Shown: positions 43,041 through 52,209, counted from the stretch's first letter. The stretch: 64,000 nt of DNA from a bacterium (GCA_965199855.1 OZ241326.1:1280001-1344000), one strand, 5' to 3'. Translations and numbers: made by a program. Notes: generated by a model not told the origin, from the letters alone.

Positions 43041-43230
43041 ATGAAGGCGGTAAAGCGGACGGCTCTGCTTTTCGTTGCGGCGGCCCTGCGCGGATTCCGG
43101 CTTCTCGCCGAGCGCGGCGGCGCGGTTTCGCGAGCTGGCCGCGATGTTCCTGACCCCGCCGGAGTTCGCCGGCGTCCGGAGGCTCGCGCGGGAGTGGCGG
43201 CCCCGTAAGGAGGCCCTGCCCGCCAAGTAA
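43041..43230 (+). pseudogene. Internally collapsed Sel1-repeat protein remnant
   Basis: MKAVKRTALLF..ALRGFRLLAERG in one frame, then AARFRELAAMFLTPPEFAGVRRLAREWRP (Sel1-protein terminal helix) in another. Confidence 0.55.
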
Positions 43231-43252
43231 GCCGCGCGGCGGGGGATCGCTT

Positions 43253-43361
43253 GTAGGGGACGCATTCATGCGTCCCGCCCGCGCATTGACGGAGCGACCC
43301 GTAGGGACAAACGGACAAACCCCCTGTGGTTGTCCTCTTGCGGGAAACGGGTGCGGGCTAC
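43253..43361. repeat. Cluster of GTAG-type REP elements
   Basis: GTAGGGGACGCATTCATGCGTCCC (43253), GTAGGGACAAAC-GGACAAAC-CCCCTGTGGTTGTCC (43301), GTAGCCCGCAC on minus strand (ending 43361). Confidence 0.65.
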
Positions 43362-43386
43362 GGACGGCTGGGGGGATCCTCCGCCT

Positions 43387-44361
43387 TCAATTCGCGGGAA
43401 CGGGCGGAACCACCAGCACGCCGTGGGGGCCGCTGCCCACGCGGATTCTGCGGATGTTGCGGTGCCTGCGGGCGTCCATGACGAACACCTCTCTCGAATC
43501 GCGGTTCGTCACGTAGGCGAGCGCGCCGTCGGGCGTGAAGGCGATGAGGTCGGGGCGGACGCCCTGCTTCACGCGGGCGACGCGCTTTTGCTCGGGCAGG
43601 GCGAACACCGAGACGGCGTTTCGGTGCGGCAGGGTGACGTAGAGAAATTTCCCGTCCGGCGTGATGAGGGCGTCGTGCGGCTCGCCGGAGAGCCTGACGG
43701 CGCGCTCGATTTCGAGGGTGGCGAGATTCACGACGCTGTAGGAATGCCGCTCGCCGTTCATCACGTAGAGCCGCTCGCCGCCGCGCGTCACGTCGATGCC
43801 CTCGATGTAGTGGCCCGCCTCTATCTGCTTGATCGGCCTGCCCGCTTCGAGATCGACGACGGAGACGTCCTCGCTCAGCTCGTTGGCGACGAAGGCGCGG
43901 CGACCGTCCGGGCCGAGCTTGATGTTCACCGGGCTGCTGCCGCCGTGCCGGATGAGGCCGACGAGCTTCCGGGCGGCGACGTCGAGAATCGTCACGTTGT
44001 CGGAGTAGGCGTTCACGAAGTAGGCGAGGCGTCCGTCGGGGGAGAAGGCGAGGTTGTAGGGGTCGCGGCCCGCGCGCACGCGGCGGAGGAGTTTCATCGT
44101 TTGGGCGTCGAACACGCGGACGAAGGCGCTGCCGTCGTTGATGACATAGACGCGGCGGCCGTCCGGGGAGAGGGCGAGGCGGTTCGCCTTGCGGCCCGCG
44201 GGAATCGTCCGGATCACCCTGTGGGAGTCGCGCGAGATGACGCTCAGGGTGCCCTCGCGCGTGTTCGTGACGAGAATTCTCTCTCCCGTCCGCCCCCCGC
44301 TCGCGCCCTCGGGGACGCCGAGCGCGAGGAGGACGAGGATGGCTGCGATCTTGCGCGTCAT
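43387..44361 (-). CDS. Secreted YVTN-family beta-propeller protein
   Basis: Signal peptide plus about 7 repeats of SPDG..(Y/F)V.N....VSV.D. Confidence 0.9.
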   Translation of the reverse strand: MTRKIAAILVLLALGVPEGASGGRTGERILVTNTREGTLSVISRDSHRVIRTIPAGRKANRLALSPDGRRVYVINDGSAFVRVFDAQTMKLLRRVRAGRDPYNLAFSPDGRLAYFVNAYSDNVTILDVAARKLVGLIRHGGSSPVNIKLGPDGRRAFVANELSEDVSVVDLEAGRPIKQIEAGHYIEGIDVTRGGERLYVMNGERHSYSVVNLATLEIERAVRLSGEPHDALITPDGKFLYVTLPHRNAVSVFALPEQKRVARVKQGVRPDLIAFTPDGALAYVTNRDSREVFVMDARRHRNIRRIRVGSGPHGVLVVPPVPAN

Positions 44362-44442
44362 GGGACGTCCGAACGGGTGATGGCGGCGTCCGCGAGCCCG
44401 GACGCCGCCTGAAAACGCTCCCGCCGCCTCGCCCGGTGCGGG

Positions 44443-44898
44443 TTATTTCGCCGCCTTGCCCTGCTCTCTCAGGAAGCGCTCCTTCGCCTTCGGGTCGAAG
44501 CGGCAACGGCACATCCTGCGGATGAGCTCCACCAAATCACGAATCTCCTCCTTTGTAAATACGTTGCCCCAGGGGGGCATGATGGGGGAGAGGTCGCTCG
44601 CCGCCCCGCCGTGGGTGATGGTGCGCGTCATGTCCGCATCGGAGAACTGCGCCATGTCCTTCCCGTCCGTGAGGTCGCGGGGGCTCACGGGCAGCTTCTT
44701 CGTGTTGTTCACCCCCTTGCCGTCTCCCTTGGGTCCATGGCACTGGACGCAGAACCAGCGAAAGTGCGCCTCCGCGCTCGTGCGCCGCGCCGCCTCGCCG
44801 GGCCTCGAGGGCAGGGGGGCGGCGCCCTCGCTCGCGCCGGCGGGGGATGCCGCCGCGAGCGTCAGGGCGAGGAGCGCGGCGAGAGCCGGCGTCCTCAT
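44443..44898 (-). CDS. Monoheme cytochrome c (NcgC-like)
   Basis: Signal peptide, CVQCHG.KG.GKGVN, PRDLTD, MPPWG, C-terminal MCRC. Confidence 0.88.
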   Translation of the reverse strand: MRTPALAALLALTLAAASPAGASEGAAPLPSRPGEAARRTSAEAHFRWFCVQCHGPKGDGKGVNNTKKLPVSPRDLTDGKDMAQFSDADMTRTITHGGAASDLSPIMPPWGNVFTKEEIRDLVELIRRMCRCRFDPKAKERFLREQGKAAK

Positions 44899-45695
44899 TT
44901 GAAGCTCGCTATGTAGGCGGCGAGGGCGATGAAGTCCGCATCGCCCAGCCTCGTGAACGCCTTGTCCCCATAAACCGGCATCCTGCCGTTGGGGTTGTAG
45001 CGGCGCGGGTTTTTCAGGAACGCGACGATGAAGTCGGGGTTCAGCCTACGCCCGGCCTCCCGGAAATGGGGCGCGCTGTGGCCGCCCACCTCGATTTTCG
45101 TCCGGTAGACCGTCTTTCGTATCGAGACCATGTGGCACGAATAGCAGGGTTGCTTCTTCTGGAACAGGACGCGCGCCCGCCGCAGCGTCCGCCGGGGGAT
45201 TTTCCTCCACCTGGGAACGACGCCCGAGGGCATTTGCGGGTCTTTGAGGCTCTCCAGCCAGGCGGCGACCTCGCGCGCCTCCTCCTTCGGGAGCGCCGGA
45301 TGCGCGTATCTCCCCCGCTTCATGGTTCCGAATAGGACGCCCCGGAACGGCTTGGGTCTTTCGAGCCAGCCCGCCAGGAAGCCGGGGCGGAACTTGCTGC
45401 CCGCGTACCAGAGCGTAGGTCCTTTTATGCGCCGGCGCGCGGGGACGGGCAGTATGCGCTCGGGCCCCTGAACCGCGTGGCAGCCGCCGCAGCCGCTTCG
45501 CCCGAAAATCGCTTCTCCCGCGCGCGTATCCGCGCCGTGCGAGGCGGCGGGCGCAAGCGCGAAGGCGAGCGCTCCCGCGAGGACGAAGGGGAGAACCGCC
45601 CCGGGCCTCGCTCCCGAAAGCGGCGCGGGGGCGATTCGCCCGCCCGCCCCCGTCCGCCGCCCTGAAGGGGAGGGATTCATTCCGCAAGGCGTCAT
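44895..45695 (-). CDS. Diheme cytochrome c (NcgB-like)
   Basis: CGGCH...KGPTLWYAGSKF...HPAL and CYSCH...AGRRL...NP...MP. Confidence 0.88.
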   Translation of the reverse strand: MTPCGMNPSPSGRRTGAGGRIAPAPLSGARPGAVLPFVLAGALAFALAPAASHGADTRAGEAIFGRSGCGGCHAVQGPERILPVPARRRIKGPTLWYAGSKFRPGFLAGWLERPKPFRGVLFGTMKRGRYAHPALPKEEAREVAAWLESLKDPQMPSGVVPRWRKIPRRTLRRARVLFQKKQPCYSCHMVSIRKTVYRTKIEVGGHSAPHFREAGRRLNPDFIVAFLKNPRRYNPNGRMPVYGDKAFTRLGDADFIALAAYIASFK

Positions 45696-46753
45696 TGGGG
45701 GAGCTCCGGCGCCCTGACTTCGGGGAGGTCGCCCGTCAGCGCGCCCATGAAGGCGATGAGATCAGCCTTTTCCCGCTTCGTGAGGCCGAGCGGCTTCATG
45801 TCCGGGTCGAGGTGGGGGTTCGGGTGTCCGCCTTTGTCGTAGAAATCCACCACCTCCTCCAGCGTGGCGAAGCGTCCGTCGTGCATGTAGGGCGCCGTCT
45901 GCGCGACGTGGCGGAGGGTGGGGGTTTTGAACCTGCCCCTGTCCCGGACGCGCTTCGTAATCCTCTCGCGCCCCGCCTCGATCGGCCGCTTGTCCATGCC
46001 GACGCCCAGGTTGTGGAACTTGTCGTCCGTGAACGGCGCGCTGAACTCGTCCGCCAGATGGCATTTCACGCAGTTTCCCTTCGAGGTGAACACCTCGAAC
46101 CCCCGAATCGCCGCCTGCGGCATCGCGGCCTCGTCTCCTCCGAACTTCCAGCGGTCGAACGGCGAATTGCCCGAGAGCAGGGTGCGCTCGAAGGAGGCGA
46201 TGGCCCGCGCGACGCGATCCAGGCTGATCTCCCCGCTGCCGAACGCCGCGCGGAAGCGCGCCCGGTATCCCCGAATCGCTCCGAGCGTCCGGATGATTTT
46301 CTCCTCGCTCGAGGCCATCTCGCCCGGGTGGAGGATGGGCCCCTTCGCCTGCTCCTCCAGGCTCCCCGCCCGCCCGTCCCAGAAGAGGAACTCGTGATAG
46401 GCGGCGTTGATGATGGTGGGCACGTTCCTGAGCGTGGACCTGCCCTGGAAGCCCGCGCCATACCGGCGCGCGTTCGAGAATCCGCGCCGCGGCACGTGGC
46501 AGGTCGCGCAGGAGACGGCGCCGTCGCCCGATATGCGCTTCTCGAAGAAGAGCAGCTTTCCGAGCTCGACCTTGGCCCGCGTCATCGGGTTGTTCTCCGG
46601 CGCGGGGGCGTCGTCGAGGCCCAGGGGCGGAGGCGGGGGGAACTCCTCCGCCTCCCGGGGCTGCGCCTGCTGCGCGCGCGCGGGCGGGGCGGCGAGGCAT
46701 CCCGCCGCCAGAGCGAGCAGAACGAGCGCGGCGATTCGCGCGGGGTGCGGCAC
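45692..46753 (-). CDS. Diheme cytochrome c peroxidase-family enzyme (MauG/bCCP superfamily)
   Basis: LGKLLFFE.R.S....SCATCH, FWDGRA..LEEQA.GP, CVKCH, FKTPTLR, TAPYMHDG. Confidence 0.92.
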   Translation of the reverse strand: MPHPARIAALVLLALAAGCLAAPPARAQQAQPREAEEFPPPPPLGLDDAPAPENNPMTRAKVELGKLLFFEKRISGDGAVSCATCHVPRRGFSNARRYGAGFQGRSTLRNVPTIINAAYHEFLFWDGRAGSLEEQAKGPILHPGEMASSEEKIIRTLGAIRGYRARFRAAFGSGEISLDRVARAIASFERTLLSGNSPFDRWKFGGDEAAMPQAAIRGFEVFTSKGNCVKCHLADEFSAPFTDDKFHNLGVGMDKRPIEAGRERITKRVRDRGRFKTPTLRHVAQTAPYMHDGRFATLEEVVDFYDKGGHPNPHLDPDMKPLGLTKREKADLIAFMGALTGDLPEVRAPELPQ

Positions 46754-46800
46754 GGCGTTTCTTTCCTCGGGGCGGACTGCCTGAAGGCGCGGCTGCGGCC

Positions 46801-47193
46801 TTACGCTCTGCTCAGCAGCTCGATGCTCACGCCGTCGGGCGCCTCGATGAAGGCGATCCTCGTCGTCGGGTTGAACTGTCGGGGCTCCATCGTGAACTTC
46901 ACGCCCTTCGCCTTGAGGTCGTCGCAGAAGCCCTGAAAATCGCCCTCGACGCGAAAGGCGAAATGATCCGTCCCCCATTGGAGGCCGCTTTTCCCGGCCG
47001 CGCGCTCGCCCGTTCTCTCGCCGCGCACCATGACCGTCGCCCCGCCCAGCCGCACCGGAATCTGCGGCGCGCCCCGCACCTCGGCGCCTTCCGCGCGCTC
47101 GCCGCCGAGCTTCTCGACGAACCAGCCGACCGAAGCCTCCGGGTCCCGGCTGATGACGTGGACGTGATCGAACGCGACTCTGGCTGAACCCAT
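46801..47193 (-). CDS. VOC/glyoxalase-family protein
   Basis: FDHVHV, DHFAF, AFIEAPDGVSIEL. Confidence 0.88.
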   Translation of the reverse strand: MGSARVAFDHVHVISRDPEASVGWFVEKLGGERAEGAEVRGAPQIPVRLGGATVMVRGERTGERAAGKSGLQWGTDHFAFRVEGDFQGFCDDLKAKGVKFTMEPRQFNPTTRIAFIEAPDGVSIELLSRA

Positions 47194-47311
47194 GCTTCGG
47201 CTCCTCTGAAATTCAGACGCTGCGGGCGGGGCCGCTCCCTCCGCCGGAAAAAACGGCGCGTCCCCCCGCCCGTTCGCTTCATGCCGCGCGGCGGGAACCT
47301 TGCGCGCCCCG

Positions 47312-47962
47312 CTATTCGCTCCAGGTCACGTCCCCGTACTCGCCCGGCCTCGGCCGCCCCGCGGCGCGGAAGCCGGCGAATTCCTCCTTGCTCCGGGCGA
47401 CGGTGCTGTTCGCCCCGTGTCCGGGGTAGAGGACGGTCGCGTCCGGCAGGGCGAACACCTTGTTCTCGATGGAGTCGAGCAGGGCGAGCAGCTGGGCGTG
47501 GCTCCAGGTTTTCCCGGGGCCGCCGGGGAAAATCGCATCCCCGCAGACGCAGTGGCCCGGGTAGTGGAACATGAGCATCCCCCTGCAGTGGCCGGGGGCG
47601 TGAATCGCCCGCAGCGCGACCTCGCCGAAGCGGACCTCGTCGCCGTCGTTGATGGCGAAGTCCGGGCTGATGCCGAATTCGGCGGCGTCCTCGGGGTGCT
47701 GGCCCAGGGGCGCGCCCGTCCGATCGCGCACCTCGTCCAGGGCGTCGATGTGATCCCCGTGGCAGTGGGTTTGCAGGATGTATTTCGGCGTCGCGCCCTC
47801 GCAGGCGGCGAGAATCGGCTCGGCGGCGTGGGAGGTGTCGATGATGACGCACTCCCGGGTCGCCTTGCAGGTCAGGACGTAGACGTTGTTGCTGTAAGGG
47901 CCGATGTTGAGCTTCCGGAGGTCGAGGGCGGGAAGCTCCACCCGTTGGTCGAATTCACCCAT
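47312..47962 (-). CDS. MBL-fold metallo-hydrolase (glyoxalase II-like)
   Basis: THCHGDH, PGH, GDAIF, YPGHG. Confidence 0.9.
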   Translation of the reverse strand: MGEFDQRVELPALDLRKLNIGPYSNNVYVLTCKATRECVIIDTSHAAEPILAACEGATPKYILQTHCHGDHIDALDEVRDRTGAPLGQHPEDAAEFGISPDFAINDGDEVRFGEVALRAIHAPGHCRGMLMFHYPGHCVCGDAIFPGGPGKTWSHAQLLALLDSIENKVFALPDATVLYPGHGANSTVARSKEEFAGFRAAGRPRPGEYGDVTWSE

Positions 47963-48037
47963 GTCGTCTTCTCTCCTTTCGCGTGAGGAGGCCGGCGTTC
48001 CCGGGAGGCGCCCGCCCGGGGGCGCGATTTCGGAGAA

Positions 48038-49048
48038 TCATACAGGAAAGTTGGCGAATCCGTATTCCCTCCGGCCGTCAGGAAGCCTTTTTTCTCCCGC
48101 TCCTCGCTCCGGCCGCGGTCTTTCGCGTTCCGCCGCCGCTCCTAAGGCCGGCGCCTCTCCCGCCTCCGGGAGGCGAAGACGGGAGACGGGCTTCGAGAAC
48201 GGCGTGGGGAAATTCGTGAGCAGGGCCTCATGCACGGCGTTTCGGTTCGCCTCCCTCGCGCCCACGTGATAGAAGTGCTCCCGGACGGAGATGAGGCAGT
48301 CCTTCCACAGCGAGAAAACGTGGCCGTTGACGCGGTATCTGTTCCCCAGCCACGTGGAGACCATGAAGTCCGCCCCCGATTCGACCAGCGCGCCGTGAAG
48401 CGCGGCCTCCTCGTCCTCCGACCATGAGCCGTAATAATCCGCGTGGCGGCCGATATACGGCGGGTCGCAATACGCGAGGTCGCCCGCTCCCGCTTCGGCC
48501 AGCGTCGCCTCGAACGGCTGATGCCTGAACTCGTAGTCCCCCTCGGCGATAACGCGCGAGACCGCCTCGATCTGGTTGGCGATTTTCGTGATCAGCGCCC
48601 GCGCGAAGCGGCCGGGCTTCCTGCAGAAGGGGACGTTGAAGCCGCCGCGGCCGTTGAAGCGCATCATCCCGTTGAAGCAGGAGCGGCTCAGGAACAGGAA
48701 ATCCAGGGGGTCGCCGCGCGCGTTGAACCGCTCGCGGACGGCGTAGTAGCGCGCCCCGCCGCTCGCCAGGAGTTTTTCGCCCTCCTTTTCGAAAAAGCGC
48801 CTCGCCGTCTCGCCCGTGATTCTCCCGGAGCGGACGCATTCGTAGAATTCGACCACGTGCGGGTTGCCGTCGCAGAGCAGGGCGGCCTTCGGGCGCGCGT
48901 TGAAGGCGACCGCGCCGGTTCCCATGAACGGCTCCACCCAGCGCCGGAAGCTTCTCCCTTCGGCGTGCGCGACTATCCAGCCGGCGAGCTTCGTCTTGAT
49001 TCCCTGCGACTTGATGGGAGGAGCGAAGCCTGCCTTTTCATGGCGCAT
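48038..49048 (-). CDS. Dam-family (alpha class) N6-adenine DNA methyltransferase, M.EcoRV-like
   Basis: PPIKSQGIKTKL, WVEPFMGTG, RSCFNGM.RFN..GGFNVPFC.KP.RFA, CDPPYIGRH.DY, EHFYHVGA. Confidence 0.92.
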   Translation of the reverse strand: MRHEKAGFAPPIKSQGIKTKLAGWIVAHAEGRSFRRWVEPFMGTGAVAFNARPKAALLCDGNPHVVEFYECVRSGRITGETARRFFEKEGEKLLASGGARYYAVRERFNARGDPLDFLFLSRSCFNGMMRFNGRGGFNVPFCRKPGRFARALITKIANQIEAVSRVIAEGDYEFRHQPFEATLAEAGAGDLAYCDPPYIGRHADYYGSWSEDEEAALHGALVESGADFMVSTWLGNRYRVNGHVFSLWKDCLISVREHFYHVGAREANRNAVHEALLTNFPTPFSKPVSRLRLPEAGEAPALGAAAERERPRPERGAGEKRLPDGRREYGFANFPV

Positions 49049-49159
49049 GGGCCGCGTCCTGCCTGCGGGCGGTGAGTTGCGGGGCTTCCGGCGTATAATT
49101 CGCGCACTGTGTATAACGCTTTCTTCGGGCGAATCACAACCACGGAGGCGGAAAGCGGG

Positions 49160-49861
49160 ATGGGGCGGCCTTTCGTGTTCTCGAACCTGGCGATGACGCT
49201 GGACGGAAAAATCGCCGCCTTCGACCGCGCGGACTTCTCCCTCGGCTCGGAGGAGGATCGCCTGGAGATGGATCGCCTTCGGGCGCGGGCGGACGTCGTG
49301 CTGTGGGGGGGCGAGACGCTGCGCGCCGCGCGCCATCCCGCGCGCGTCCGGGAGAAATCCCTCGTGGAGGAGCGCGTGAGGCGGGAGCGCCCGCCGCATC
49401 CGGCGAACGGGGTGGTGACGAAAAGCGGGGTTTTTCCCCCCGGCCTCCCCTGGTTTGAGGCGGGGGACATGGAGCGCTTCGTCTTCACCTCGCCCGCGGG
49501 CGCCGCCCGGCTCGACCCGCGCCAGGCCGCGCGCGCGAGAGTCGTCGCGCTGGAGGGGGAGGATTCCCCGGCGCGGGGGGCGCTGGCGCATCTGGAGGAG
49601 GCGGGGATGCGAAGCGTCCTCATCGAGGGCGGCGGCGGCCTGATCTGGGCGTTCGCCGGCCTGATCGACGAGTTTCACGTGACGCTCACCCCCTGGCTCG
49701 CCGGGGGAGCGAAGGCGCCGACGCTCATGGACGGGGCGGGGTTTCGCCCGGGCGAGTTTCTGGGCCTGCGCCTCGTGGAGGTTCGCCGGGCGGGGGACGA
49801 GCTGTTCCTGCGCTACGCCGCCGCGCCCGGGAGGCGGGGCGGCTCCCGGGCCGCCGATTGA
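49160..49861 (+). CDS. RibD C-terminal (pyrimidine reductase/DHFR-like) protein
   Basis: AMTLDGKIA, LRARAD.V..GGETLR, LIEGGG, IDEF.VT..P...GG. Confidence 0.85.
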   Translation: MGRPFVFSNLAMTLDGKIAAFDRADFSLGSEEDRLEMDRLRARADVVLWGGETLRAARHPARVREKSLVEERVRRERPPHPANGVVTKSGVFPPGLPWFEAGDMERFVFTSPAGAARLDPRQAARARVVALEGEDSPARGALAHLEEAGMRSVLIEGGGGLIWAFAGLIDEFHVTLTPWLAGGAKAPTLMDGAGFRPGEFLGLRLVEVRRAGDELFLRYAAAPGRRGGSRAAD

Positions 49862-49965
49862 AACCTCCCCGCTCCGTGTGGTAGGGATGAGTGTCTGATT
49901 TTCCCGTTCTTGCGATGCTCCGGCGGCCGCGCCCGCGCGCCGCCGCCGGGAGGAGGGCGTCTGCT

Positions 49966-50955
49966 GTGGCCACCGGGGCGAGGAGAAGGGCGGCGAAGCC
50001 CAGGAAGCTGACGAAGAAGGACCTGGACGGCATGTATCGCAACATGCTGCGGATTCGCCGGTTCGAGGAGAAGACCGACGAGTTCTTCATGGCCGGCCGG
50101 GTGAAGGGGGCGGTTCACGTGAGCATCGGGCAGGAGGCGTGCTCGGTGGGGGTGTGCGCCGCCCTGACCGAGGAGGACGCCATTCTCACCACCCACCGGG
50201 GCCACGGCCACTCCATCGCCAAGGGCACGCGGATGCCCGAGATGATGGCCGAGCTGCTGGGAAAATCCACCGGCCTCTGCAAGGCGCGCGGCGGCTCCAT
50301 GCACATCGCCGACATCTCGAAGGGCCACTACGGGGCGCACTCCATCGTGGGGGCGAACATGCCGATGGCCACCGGCATGGGCCTCGCCTACCAGCTGGAG
50401 GGCCGGGGGCGCGCGGCGGTGGTCTTCTTCGGCGACGGCGCCTCGAACCAGGGAAGCTTTCACGAATCCATGAACCTGTGCGCCATCTGGAAGCTGCCCG
50501 TCATCTTCTTCTGCGAGAACAACCACTACGCGGTGAGCTATCACGTGGAGCGCTCCACCGCCGTCCGGGACATCAGCGTGCGGGCGCAGGGCTACGACTC
50601 GCCCGGGGTGACGGTGGACGGCATGGACGTGGCCGCCGTCTATGAGGCCACGGCCGAGGCCGTGCGCCTAGCGCGCGCGGGGGGCGGCCCCAGCCTCATC
50701 GAGGCGAAGACCTACCGCTTCTTCGGCCACTCGCGGGGCGACCCCCAGTTCGGGCCGTATCGGACGAAGGAGGAGGTCGATGAGTGGCGCAAGCGCGACC
50801 CCCTCGCGGTCGCGGAGAAGATGCTGCGCCTCACGGAGGCGCGGAAGAAGGCGCACCTGGAAGCCGTGGACGAGGAGCTGGCCGAGGCCATCGCCTTCGC
50901 CGAGCGCAGCCCGGAGGCGACGCTCGAATCGGCGCTCGAGGACGTGTATGCCTGA
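49966..50955 (+). CDS. TPP-dependent 2-oxoacid/acetoin dehydrogenase E1 alpha
   Basis: GQEA, THRGHGH, RGGSMH, GDGASNQG.FHE, ENNHY, TYRFFGHS. Confidence 0.92.
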   Translation: MATGARRRAAKPRKLTKKDLDGMYRNMLRIRRFEEKTDEFFMAGRVKGAVHVSIGQEACSVGVCAALTEEDAILTTHRGHGHSIAKGTRMPEMMAELLGKSTGLCKARGGSMHIADISKGHYGAHSIVGANMPMATGMGLAYQLEGRGRAAVVFFGDGASNQGSFHESMNLCAIWKLPVIFFCENNHYAVSYHVERSTAVRDISVRAQGYDSPGVTVDGMDVAAVYEATAEAVRLARAGGGPSLIEAKTYRFFGHSRGDPQFGPYRTKEEVDEWRKRDPLAVAEKMLRLTEARKKAHLEAVDEELAEAIAFAERSPEATLESALEDVYA

Positions 50956-51062
50956 GCGTCTCCATCGCCCGGCGAAGGCTTTGCGAATCGAGGCGCCGGG
51001 GGAGGCCGGCCGGGGCGATCGCCGCGAATTTCCGAGTCCGTAGAAAATCCCGGAGGGGCGAC

Positions 51063-52043
51063 ATGCGAGAGATCACTTTTGGGGAAGCGCTGAACGAGGC
51101 CCACCACGAGGAGATGGAGCGCGACGAGCGCGTCATCGTCCTGGGCGAGGACGTGGAGCTGGCCTACGTCTTCGGCGTGACGAAGGGCCTGGCCGAGAGG
51201 TTCGGCAAGGAGCGCGTGCGCGACACCCCCATCAGCGAGCTCGGCATCGTGGGCGCGGGCGTGGGCGCGGCCATGGCGGGCTACCGCCCCATCATCGAGA
51301 TCATGTTCATGGACTTCATCATGCTGGCGATGGACCCCCTCATCAACCAGGCGGCGAAGCTGCGCTACATGCTGGGCGGACAGCTGAGCGTGCCGCTCGT
51401 CGTGCGCACCCCGAGCGGCGGGGGCGTGCAATACGGCCCCACGCACAGCCAGTGCCTGGAGGCGTGGTTCATGCAGATGCCGGGCATCCGGGTGGCCGTC
51501 CCCAGCGACCCCGCCGACGCGAAGGGGCTGATGAAGGCGGCGGTCCGCGACGACAACCCCGTGCTCCTCGTCGAGCACAAGATGCTCTACAAGATGAAGG
51601 GCGCCCTGCCCGAGGGCGACCGCGTCCTCCCCTTCGGCCAGGCCGCCGTGAAGCGCGAGGGCGGCGACATCACCCTCATCGGCGTGGGCTACCAGGTCCA
51701 CAACTGCCTCGCGGCGGCCGAGACGCTGGAGAAGGAGGGCGTGAGCGCGGAGGTGGTGGACCCCAGGACGCTCGCCCCCCTCGACACCGCGGCCATGGCC
51801 GAATCCGTCCGCAAGACGAGCCGCTGCGTCATCGTCGAGGAGGGGCATCTGCGCAGCGGGGCGGGCTCCGAGATCGCGGCGGCGGTTCAGGAGGAGGCGT
51901 TCGACTATCTGGACGCCCCCATCGGCCGCGTGGCCGCCCTCGAGGCGCCCATCCCCTTCGAGCCGCGCCTCGAGGACTTCGTGCTGCCCAACGCCGCCAA
52001 CGTCGTCGAGGCCGCCCGCAAGGCGCTGGGAGCCGTGGTTTAG
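51063..52043 (+). CDS. 2-oxoacid/acetoin dehydrogenase E1 beta
   Basis: GEDV, DTPISE, EIMFMDF, HSQ, EHK, VDPRTL.PLD, LDAPI.RV. Confidence 0.93.
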   Translation: MREITFGEALNEAHHEEMERDERVIVLGEDVELAYVFGVTKGLAERFGKERVRDTPISELGIVGAGVGAAMAGYRPIIEIMFMDFIMLAMDPLINQAAKLRYMLGGQLSVPLVVRTPSGGGVQYGPTHSQCLEAWFMQMPGIRVAVPSDPADAKGLMKAAVRDDNPVLLVEHKMLYKMKGALPEGDRVLPFGQAAVKREGGDITLIGVGYQVHNCLAAAETLEKEGVSAEVVDPRTLAPLDTAAMAESVRKTSRCVIVEEGHLRSGAGSEIAAAVQEEAFDYLDAPIGRVAALEAPIPFEPRLEDFVLPNAANVVEAARKALGAVV

Positions 52044-52209
52044 GGGGAGGGAGGCGGCGGGTGAAAGATCGTGAAAATATGCGCTAATATCGCCGCAGGG
52101 GGCCGGCGAGGGCCGCCTCGTCCGCTTCGGGGAGGCGGACGCCGCCCCCGGGCGCGCCGAAAAGAAGGCCGCTGACCGAATCTTCCAGCCGGGAGGCATC
52201 GAGGACGCC

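Noticed and set aside
43387-44361. Cytochrome cd1 nitrite reductase NirS
   Set aside because: No CxxCH domain, generic YVTN repeats and no heme d1 biosynthesis genes nearby
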